Origin: Candidatus Latescibacterota bacterium
GTDB taxonomy: Bacteria; Latescibacterota; UBA2968; UBA8231
Length of the DNA: 64,000 nt
Reading direction: 5' to 3'
Assembly (NCBI GenBank): GCA_965248355.1
Contig: OZ252098.1
Coordinates: 1,920,001 to 1,984,000 of the forward strand
In this document: in pieces, positions 56,691 to 64,000 of the stretch
Layout: the number at the start of each line of letters is the position of its first letter
Position numbering within the stretch: position 1 is the first letter of the stretch
The notes under the pieces: model-generated
Seen by the model: the letters and a program-made list of their open reading frames with translations, nothing else
What the model was told of the DNA's origin: nothing
The model's database searches: none
Made by a program: the position numbers and the translations under genes

Positions 56691-57863
56691 GTGGCAAGCC
56701 GCGCCGAGTTCTACACCTATCCCTGGGACTTGTCGGACGAAGGAGTGGCGGCGGCCTCCGGCGTGATCGCCACCGCCCTCGGACCCGGGGGCGGGGTGCT
56801 GCTCGCCCTCAGCTACCACGTCTCCACCTACTTCTCTCCGCACAACCCGGCGCGAAAGATCTACTTCGGGGAGGAAGGCGCCGTGTACTTCCAGCCCGAC
56901 GAGGGCCTCTATGGCCGCACGCGGATCCGTCCCCTCGTCTCCCATCTGGTCACCGGCGCCGACTACATGCCCGGACTGGTTCGCGGCCTCGGCGACAACG
57001 GCCTGGAGTTCTCGGCCTGGGCCGTCTTCTTCTACAACCATCACATCTCCCAGGCCTGTCCCGACGTGGCCAAGCGCGACTGCTTCGGCCAGCCCCACCT
57101 CGGCCAGCTGTGCCCCGCCCATCCCGATGTGCGCGCCTATGCCCTGGCCCTGAGCCGTGACATGGCCGGACTCGGTCCGCGGCATGTGCAGCTCGAGTCC
57201 CTCGGCTACCTGGGGTTCGGCTACGGCTTCCGCAACCCGAAGGTGGCCGTGGCCATCGATCCGTTTCACCAGTTCCTGATGGGGCTGTGCTTCTGCCGGC
57301 ACTGCCTCGAGGCGGCCGGCCGCGCCGGCCTCGATGGTGAGGAGCTGCGGGCGGAGGTGGCCGCGGATCTCGACCGGGAGCTGCGCCTGGAGCCCGCGGC
57401 CGGGCAGGGGAACCGGGACGAATGGATCGAGGGCGCCTTCGGCGGGCGGCTCGAGAGCTACCTGGAGGCGCGCGTGGCCACGGCCACCTCCATCTTCGAG
57501 GAGGTGGCCGCCACCGTGCGCGAGGGCGGCGCCGGCGTCACCTTCTTCGGTTCCCTGGACCGGGCCACCACCGGCCTCGACCGGCGCCAGGTGCTGGCCT
57601 GCGTCGACGCCGTCTACACCTCGGTGTCCGGCCCCCCGGAGGAAGCCGCGCAACGCGTGGAGCAACTGCGAAGCGAGCTGACGCCGGACGTCCGCCTGGT
57701 CTCCATCGTGCGGCCCGGAGGCTTCGAAGGCGGGTCCTTCACCCGGCGCCTGATCCAGTCCCAGGCCGAGGCCGGGGTGGACGGCTTCGCCTTCTACACC
57801 TACGGCCAGTTGCGCGAGCATCACCTCGCCTGGATCCGGGGAGCCCGTGGCGCCTGGTCCTGA
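56691..57863 (+). CDS. Hypothetical protein, glycoside-hydrolase-like TIM barrel
   Basis: YTYPWDL, ALSYH, AVYFQPD, LCPAHPDVRAY, LES, LCFCRHC, FYTYG; strong GGAGG RBS. Confidence 0.55.
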   Translation: MASRAEFYTYPWDLSDEGVAAASGVIATALGPGGGVLLALSYHVSTYFSPHNPARKIYFGEEGAVYFQPDEGLYGRTRIRPLVSHLVTGADYMPGLVRGLGDNGLEFSAWAVFFYNHHISQACPDVAKRDCFGQPHLGQLCPAHPDVRAYALALSRDMAGLGPRHVQLESLGYLGFGYGFRNPKVAVAIDPFHQFLMGLCFCRHCLEAAGRAGLDGEELRAEVAADLDRELRLEPAAGQGNRDEWIEGAFGGRLESYLEARVATATSIFEEVAATVREGGAGVTFFGSLDRATTGLDRRQVLACVDAVYTSVSGPPEEAAQRVEQLRSELTPDVRLVSIVRPGGFEGGSFTRRLIQSQAEAGVDGFAFYTYGQLREHHLAWIRGARGAWS

Positions 57864-59259
57864 CCGGATCCGGCTGGGGCGGCGGGCGGCGGCGTGGCTC
57901 CTGTGCGCCGGGGCCCTGTCCGCGCAGGAGGATCGGGACCGATTCCGCGCCGGTGACGCCTTCACCCTTGGCGATCCTGCCCTGCTTCAGGCCCCCGATT
58001 CAGTGGCCGCCGCCGATTTCGGATACGTGCCGGCCTCCGCGGTGCCCCGCGTCGATGCCCTCCTCTACCCGATCCCGCTTCAGGAGGAGGGCAACCTCTG
58101 GTCCCAGTGGGGGGACGGCCTGATCGCCAGCGACGGGCGGTTCTGGTCCGCCATCGGCGACCACGGCGGCCCCGGAGGCCGCAGCTACGTCTACGCCTAC
58201 GACGCGGACCATCGCCGCCTCGAGCTGGTCTTCGACCAGCAGCAGCTCCTCGGGCAGCGGGAGGGGGACTGGGGCTTCGGCAAGATCCACTGCCGCCTCG
58301 AGGAGCTCGAGGACGGGCGCATCTGCTGGGGTACCTACTGGGGCAACGCGCCTCCCGAGGACTGGGAACAGGAGAACGAGCTCTACGGCATGGTGGTCGC
58401 CGCTGATCCCGTCTCCCGCGGGCTCGATGTCCTCGGCGTCCTCAGACGGCCGTACGTGATCCCCGCCGCCATGGCCGACACCCGGCGGGGCCTGTTCTAC
58501 GCCCTGCCCTGCGACCGGCGCTGGCAGGGACAGGGCTTCGCCGTCTTCGACCTGCGGCAGGGGCGCACCGTCTACTACGGGCACGTCGACACCGAGGCCA
58601 GCCGGCGCTTCGTTCTGGTGGACGAGACGGGCGGCGGCGCCTGGTTCTCGGTGCGACCCGACAGCTCCCGGCAGGTGTGGCTGGCCCGCTACGACGCGGC
58701 CACCAACACCGTGGAGGAGCGGGCCCTGCCCCTGCCGGCGGGCTACGGCCCCATGCGCGCCGGCACCGAGAAGCGGGACGGCCTCGGCCTGTTCTACGGC
58801 ATCTGCGATGGCCTTGTCGTCCGCATCGATCCCGACGGCCGAAGGGCCGAGCCACTGGGCGCGATCTGGCCGGAGCGACCTGGCGTCCAGGAAGAAGACC
58901 CCGCCCCGGGCGCCTACACGACCGCCCTCGAGATCAGTCCAGGGGGACGCTACCTGTACGCCGTGCCGTGGGCCCACGGCCAGGCCTGGAGCCACGGGGC
59001 ACCGGTGGTGCAGTTCGATCTGAAGACGGGCGCCCGCAAGGTCCTGGCCTTCCTCGGACCCCTCTTCGAGAGCCGCTTCGGCTACCGCGTGGGCGGCTCC
59101 TACTGCCTGGAGTTGAGCGCCGACGGAGAGCGCCTGTTCTTCGGCATCAACGGTCAGCTGCTGGAGCGGGGCGTCAAGCCGCCCGAAAGCGCCTTCGGCC
59201 ATCCCGCCTGCATGGTCCTTCACATCCCCGACCAGGAGCGCCTCCATGACTCACCGTGA
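57847..59259 (+). CDS. Secreted hypothetical beta-propeller protein
   Basis: Signal-like N-terminus; ASDGRFWSAIGDH, GKIH, SPGGRYLY, LSADGERLF blade motifs. Confidence 0.6.
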   Translation: MAPGPDRIRLGRRAAAWLLCAGALSAQEDRDRFRAGDAFTLGDPALLQAPDSVAAADFGYVPASAVPRVDALLYPIPLQEEGNLWSQWGDGLIASDGRFWSAIGDHGGPGGRSYVYAYDADHRRLELVFDQQQLLGQREGDWGFGKIHCRLEELEDGRICWGTYWGNAPPEDWEQENELYGMVVAADPVSRGLDVLGVLRRPYVIPAAMADTRRGLFYALPCDRRWQGQGFAVFDLRQGRTVYYGHVDTEASRRFVLVDETGGGAWFSVRPDSSRQVWLARYDAATNTVEERALPLPAGYGPMRAGTEKRDGLGLFYGICDGLVVRIDPDGRRAEPLGAIWPERPGVQEEDPAPGAYTTALEISPGGRYLYAVPWAHGQAWSHGAPVVQFDLKTGARKVLAFLGPLFESRFGYRVGGSYCLELSADGERLFFGINGQLLERGVKPPESAFGHPACMVLHIPDQERLHDSP

Positions 59260-60055
59260 GATAATGCTCGTCACCTCCCTGGTGCTGGCCTGCGGCCCCC
59301 TGCCCCTCCGGGGAGAGCCGATCCCCGGGCACGTGCCGCGCGCCGACGTGCAGCGCACGGCCGGTCCCATCGTCGTGGACGGCGTCCTCGACGAACCCTC
59401 CTGGGCCGCGGCGCCCATGATCGACGGCTTCGTCTTTCCCTGGTACGTCTCCGGCCCCAAGGACCGCACCGAGGCCCACCTGCTGTGGGATGACCACGCC
59501 CTCTACGTCGCCTTCCGCGCCTTCGACCCCCACATCTCCGCCGTCTACACGGAACGGGACGACCCGGTCTCCAAGGACGACTGCGTCGAAGTCTTCATCG
59601 CTCCCGACACGGCCGACGTGAGCATCTACTACAACTTCGAGTTCAATGCCCTGGGCACGATCCTCGACCGCTCCCCCAGCCAGGGCCGCGGCTCCGCCTG
59701 GAACGCCGACGGCCTGCGCGTCGCCATCGAGATCCGCGGCACCCTGAACGAGGAGGACGACGTGGACAGCCTGTGGACCACGGAGATCGCCATCCCCTTC
59801 GACACCTTCGCCGGATTCGCCCCCCGTATTCCCCCGGGGGACGGCGACCTGTGGCGCCTCAACCTCTACCGCACCGGCGGCGCCGTGAACCTCCAGTACA
59901 TCACCTGGTCGGACACGGGGACCGAGAAGCCGCAGTTCCACGCCCCCGAAGGCTTCGGCGTCGTTCGGTTCTCGGCGGCCCCGGTACCGGCGGCTCCCGC
60001 CCCCCCGGCGGGCGAGGTCACGCCCCGGACGCCCCAACCTCCCGGAGCGCCGTGA
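59246..60055 (+). CDS. Secreted carbohydrate-binding family 9-like protein
   Basis: IVVDGVLDEPSW, LLWDD, DDCVEVF, YYNFEFNALG, WTTEIAIPF, WRLNLYR, FHAPEGFG. Confidence 0.85.
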   Translation: MTHREIMLVTSLVLACGPLPLRGEPIPGHVPRADVQRTAGPIVVDGVLDEPSWAAAPMIDGFVFPWYVSGPKDRTEAHLLWDDHALYVAFRAFDPHISAVYTERDDPVSKDDCVEVFIAPDTADVSIYYNFEFNALGTILDRSPSQGRGSAWNADGLRVAIEIRGTLNEEDDVDSLWTTEIAIPFDTFAGFAPRIPPGDGDLWRLNLYRTGGAVNLQYITWSDTGTEKPQFHAPEGFGVVRFSAAPVPAAPAPPAGEVTPRTPQPPGAP

Positions 60056-60307
60056 TGGGAGGGCCCATGACAGGCGTGCAACCAGCCGATCGGATGGTTT
60101 GTCCGCGCTACGGGTCAAGGTGATATTACCACGGTTGCACCCCCGCGAATCCCCTGATCCGCGAACATCCCCCCTGCGGCGACCTCGGTGACGAAGGCGG
60201 AGAGCCGTCACAAGCAATCTGGGACCGCTCCGGAGGACGGCGCTGCCGGCTCGGCTCACCGCCCAGGCGATGTGCCTGCCGCCAGAGGCCTCGACGAGGC
60301 CTCGCGG

Positions 60308-61543
60308 ATGAGCTTCTCCAGCGGCTTCTCCCTGAACGCGGTCGCCACCGGAGCGGCCTTCGCCCTCGGTTGGGCCAACCAGTGGCTGCTGGCCAACCAC
60401 CTGGACAAGGACACATACGGGCAGCTGGGCCTGTGGACCACCACCGTAGTCATCGCCGCCATGCTGTCTGGAGAGTGGTTGCGCCGCGGCAGCACCATTG
60501 TGGTGGGGAGGGAGGGGGCAGGAGCCGCGGCCCGGGACAATGCCCTGCTCTGCTGCCTGGTGATCCTGGCGGGTGGGATGGGGCTGGCCTATGCAGGTGC
60601 GGGGATCATGGCCGGGTTTCTCGGACCCGAGGCCCAGACCTTCTGGCCCCTTCTGGCGGCGCTGCCCGCCTTCGTGGTGCTGCAGCGCACCGGGCAGGCG
60701 GTGCTGCTGGGATTGGACCGCATCCGGCCCTACGCGGCCATCCCCGTGCTGTTCATCGCCGTCTACCTGGGAGGCAACGCAGTCCTCCTGCTGGCGGGCC
60801 TCCTGCGCCTGGAGCCGATCCTCGTACTCTTCGCGGGGGCTGCGGGACTTGCCGGTCTGGTGGCCTTTGCGATGCTGGGACGTGGGGCCTTCATCTGGGG
60901 CGACCGGAGGATCCTGCGCCGCACCCTTGCCGTCGGCTGGCGCGGCGCGGCTTCGACGGTGTTGATCTATCTGCTGCTGAAGAGCGACTGGTTCCTCATC
61001 GATCACTACCTCGGCAAGGCAGCCGTGGGCAGCTACAGGGTAGCCTCTCTCTTTGCCGAGATGATGCAGCGTGTGCCCGACCTGGCGAGCGCCGTGCTCC
61101 TGGCCAAGGTGGTGCGAGACCAGGATGAGAACCGGTTGAGCCTGCGGGTGGCCCGGAGAATATTGCTCTTTTCGCTGGCGGCAGCCCTGGTCTTGCTGAT
61201 GGCGGGCAAGACCCTGATCGGCTTCCTGTTCCCCTCTTACCCCGAAGCCTTCCTGCCCCTGGCGTGGATGCTGCCGGGCCTGGTCTTCCTCGGCCTGGGG
61301 TCGGTGTGCAACACCAAGCTGGCCGGCCAGGGATATCCGGCCATCACGCTGTGGGCGGCGGCCGCGGCCTTCGCCCTCAACCTGGGACTGAACCTCTATC
61401 TCATACCCTCGCTGGGCCTGCAGGGCGCGGCCCTCTCTACCTCCATTGCCTACGCCGCCTGGGCGCTTCTCGTGGGGACGCGCTACCTGCGCACGGAGGG
61501 CCTGGGTTGGGGCGACCTGTTCCTGGCACGGCGCATCGGATGA
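60308..61543 (+). CDS. Wzx-like polysaccharide flippase (start may be 60188)
   Basis: Multi-TM; LDKDTYG, KSDWFLI...AVGSYRVA, LNLYLIPSLGLQGAALSTSIAY. Confidence 0.8.
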   Translation: MSFSSGFSLNAVATGAAFALGWANQWLLANHLDKDTYGQLGLWTTTVVIAAMLSGEWLRRGSTIVVGREGAGAAARDNALLCCLVILAGGMGLAYAGAGIMAGFLGPEAQTFWPLLAALPAFVVLQRTGQAVLLGLDRIRPYAAIPVLFIAVYLGGNAVLLLAGLLRLEPILVLFAGAAGLAGLVAFAMLGRGAFIWGDRRILRRTLAVGWRGAASTVLIYLLLKSDWFLIDHYLGKAAVGSYRVASLFAEMMQRVPDLASAVLLAKVVRDQDENRLSLRVARRILLFSLAAALVLLMAGKTLIGFLFPSYPEAFLPLAWMLPGLVFLGLGSVCNTKLAGQGYPAITLWAAAAAFALNLGLNLYLIPSLGLQGAALSTSIAYAAWALLVGTRYLRTEGLGWGDLFLARRIG

Positions 61544-62955
61544 GAGACCACACCCTCGGCCGGCGGCACATCGCCGCCTTCCTGCTGGTGCAGGCGGTGG
61601 TCCTGGCATGCTGCCTCTTCCTGCCCCGGGAAGTCCTGCTCTGGAGCCTGGGAATCGCGGCCGTCCTCGCGGCCATTTTCCTGCTGCCCCTGTACCCCTG
61701 GATCGTGATTCCCGCCGTCATCGGCACCACGGCGCTGGACTCGGCGGGGCGCCTGGTTCAGACAACCGCCCTCGGGATCCCGGTCACCGGTTTCCACCTG
61801 GCCTTTGTCCTGCTCTGCGCCGCCTTCGCCACCCACGCCTTTCTGAAGAAGAGGCGCTCCTTTCCCGCTCTGGAAATCCAGGCCCCCCTCCTCGTGTTCC
61901 TGGGATGCATGGCCCTGTCTCTCACCTATTCGCCAAATCAGCCGGAAGCCACGATCAGCTTCTTCCGGATCCTCTTTCTGGCCCTCTTCCTCTACCTGAT
62001 GCGGGCCCTCGTCACTTCGACGCGCATTCTCAACGTGACGATCGTCTCGGTGGCGCTGGTCCTGGCGGGAGCTTCGCTCCTGGCGGTGTTCCAGATCATC
62101 TCGGCCGAGTTCTACCTCCCGGCCAGCGTGGTCTCGAGCGTGGGGGCCAATGTGCCGCGCGCCTCCGGGACCTACCACAACCCGAACATCTTCGGCACCT
62201 TTCTGGCGGTGGATATCGTCCTCCTGGCCGGGATCGTCCTGGTGCCGGGTCTGAGCTGGTGGAAGCGGGGCTTTCTGCTGCTTGCCATCGGCCTCGGGGC
62301 CGCAGCCCTGATCATCACCTTCAGCCGCGCCAACTGGATCGCCCTGGCCATCGGGATTGTGGCCCTCCTGTACCTGGCGGGCAAACTCCGGTACCTGTTC
62401 TACGTCACCTTCGCCTTCATCGTTGCCATCCTGCTGATCATGAACTTCGTGCCCTTTGCGGCCCACATCTACGAGCGCTTCCTGTCCATCTTCTCCATCT
62501 TCCTCGAGTTCGGCACCGACAGCAGGGCTTCGGGCTCGGCCCGGGTATACTTCGTGATCGCCGGCTTCAAGATGTTCCTGGACAACCCGTTGCTTGGAGC
62601 GGGGTGGCGCGCTTTCCCCGTCATCTTCAAGGACTACAAGCCGGTGGACTTTCCCCATTGGCTGCCGACCCATGAGTCGCACACTCTCTTCGCGACGATC
62701 CTGGCCGAACTCGGACTCGTGGGACTCACGGCGGCCGCCTGGATAGCCTGGCGGATCCTGGCCTTCGGGATGCGCCACTTGCGGCTCATGGGGGACCCGT
62801 ATCTGCGCGGCGTGATGATCGCTTTCGTGGCGGTCTTCATTACCTTCCAGGTCAGCCTCACCTTCACGGGGGAGTTCGCCAACAACTTCCTGTGGATGTT
62901 CACGGGAATCATGTTGGCCGTGCCGGCCCTGGAACAAGGCGGGAAGCCGAGTTGA
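61540..62955 (+). CDS. O-antigen ligase/Wzy polymerase family protein
   Basis: RASGTYHNPN, TFSRANWI, SGSAR...MFLDNPLLGAG, SHTLFATILAELGLVG. Confidence 0.85.
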   Translation: MRDHTLGRRHIAAFLLVQAVVLACCLFLPREVLLWSLGIAAVLAAIFLLPLYPWIVIPAVIGTTALDSAGRLVQTTALGIPVTGFHLAFVLLCAAFATHAFLKKRRSFPALEIQAPLLVFLGCMALSLTYSPNQPEATISFFRILFLALFLYLMRALVTSTRILNVTIVSVALVLAGASLLAVFQIISAEFYLPASVVSSVGANVPRASGTYHNPNIFGTFLAVDIVLLAGIVLVPGLSWWKRGFLLLAIGLGAAALIITFSRANWIALAIGIVALLYLAGKLRYLFYVTFAFIVAILLIMNFVPFAAHIYERFLSIFSIFLEFGTDSRASGSARVYFVIAGFKMFLDNPLLGAGWRAFPVIFKDYKPVDFPHWLPTHESHTLFATILAELGLVGLTAAAWIAWRILAFGMRHLRLMGDPYLRGVMIAFVAVFITFQVSLTFTGEFANNFLWMFTGIMLAVPALEQGGKPS

Positions 62956-64000
62956 ACGTCCTGGTGCTGTCGCACCTCTATCCCAATCCCATCTCCAGGG
63001 TCTATGGGAGCTTCGTCCACAACCAGTTGCGCTTCCTCAGAAGCCATTGCCAGATCGAGGTAGTGGCGCCGGTGCCCTGGTTCCCCCTGCCGGGATTCGG
63101 CTCCTGGAGCCGGTACCGCCATGTTCCCCGCAGCGAGGTGCTGGATGGCATCCAGGTTCGGCACCCCCGCCGTCTGGCCCTGCCGCGCCGCCTCCTCTTC
63201 ACGAGATTGTGGCGCTTTCACCTGAAGGCCCTGGTCGACTCGGTCGAGCAGGTGCCCGATCTCATTCACGCCCACTGCGCCTACCCGGACGGCCGGGCGG
63301 CGGGGGAGTACGGAGCACGGACCGGCCGGCCCGTGGTCATCACCGTCCACGGTTCCGACATCAAGATCCTTCCCCGCCTCAATCCCCGGTGGCGCCAGTT
63401 GACCGTCGAAGCCCTGACACGGGCGGCCGCGGTCATCGCCGTGAGCCGGGACCTGCGCAATGAGACTCTGCAGCTCGGCGTCCGTCCCGACCAGGTCCGC
63501 TGCATTCCCAATGGCGTCGACTGCCGGCTCTTCTCGGGCGGTGGCTCGCGGCGCCCCGGGGAAGGCGGGTGGCGGCTTCTCTACGTGGGCCGATTCGTCA
63601 AGGAAAAGGGACTGAGGGTACTTCTGGAGGCGCTGGCCAAGGTGCGTCTCCACCGTTCGGATGTCTCCCTCGTCCTCATCGGAGGAAACGCCGCCACCGG
63701 AACAGCCGGCCCCTTCCTCCCTCAGGTGCGGGAACTGGGGTTGTCCGATTGCGTCGCCTTCGAGGACGCCGTGCCCTGGGAGGATCTGCCGGGCCGCATG
63801 GCCGCCGCCGATCTCTTTGTCCTGCCGAGTTTCAGCGAAGGTCTCACCACCTCCCTGGTGGAAGCCATGGCCTGCGGCCTGCCCGTGGTCGTCACCCGCT
63901 GCGGAGGCCCCGAGGAGATGGTGGACGATTCCGTGGGCCGCCTGGTCGCGGTCGGGGACGCCGAGGATCTCGCCGCGGGCATCTTGGCGGTGATCGACGG
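62952..64000 (+). CDS. Glycosyltransferase family 4 (TuaC-like), runs off the window end
   Basis: Not in the ORF track. Read directly from TTG at 62952: NVLVLSHLYPN, IHAHCAYPDG, TVHGSDI, IPNGVD, YVGRFVKEKG, LPSFSEG...EAMACGLPVV. Confidence 0.88.
   Translation, partial: MNVLVLSHLYPNPISRVYGSFVHNQLRFLRSHCQIEVVAPVPWFPLPGFGSWSRYRHVPRSEVLDGIQVRHPRRLALPRRLLFTRLWRFHLKALVDSVEQVPDLIHAHCAYPDGRAAGEYGARTGRPVVITVHGSDIKILPRLNPRWRQLTVEALTRAAAVIAVSRDLRNETLQLGVRPDQVRCIPNGVDCRLFSGGGSRRPGEGGWRLLYVGRFVKEKGLRVLLEALAKVRLHRSDVSLVLIGGNAATGTAGPFLPQVRELGLSDCVAFEDAVPWEDLPGRMAAADLFVLPSFSEGLTTSLVEAMACGLPVVVTRCGGPEEMVDDSVGRLVAVGDAEDLAAGILAVID

Overview
High-GC bacterial window. Gene content (FlgD-Ig/T9SS-type C-terminal domains, a C25 PorU-like gene, DUF6785-like and DUF4159 paralogs) suggests an FCB-group organism such as Ca. 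Latescibacterota; this is an inference. All family calls come from motif recognition by eye, not database searches. Layout: (1) 0-5.8 kb, sugar/uronate catabolic genes. (2) 5.8-8.75 kb, a lower-GC insert with an IS256-family element and a frameshifted secreted SH3 gene, between two truncated genes. (3) 9-34.5 kb, a PLP enzyme, two DUF6785-like membrane proteins, a PorZ-like/PorU-like pair (PorU catalytic Cys appears replaced by Ser), uxuA and several secreted carbohydrate-related proteins. (4) 34.7-56.5 kb, the most notable region, a co-oriented cell-envelope locus. It encodes two CTD-bearing secreted proteins, three tandem paralogous ~900-1050 aa putative outer-membrane beta-barrels with Asp-rich Ca-binding-like loops, a 1082 aa TPR protein, two lipoproteins, a membrane-anchored DUF4159 protein, a CsgG/FlgT-like protein and an ExbB-ExbD-ExbD motor, with no TonB or TonB-dependent receptor. 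It is a candidate uncharacterised energised trans-envelope machine. (5) 56.7-64 kb, unknown glycan-related genes and the start of a Wzx/Wzy/GT4 polysaccharide cluster. No rRNA, tRNA or CRISPR array was seen.
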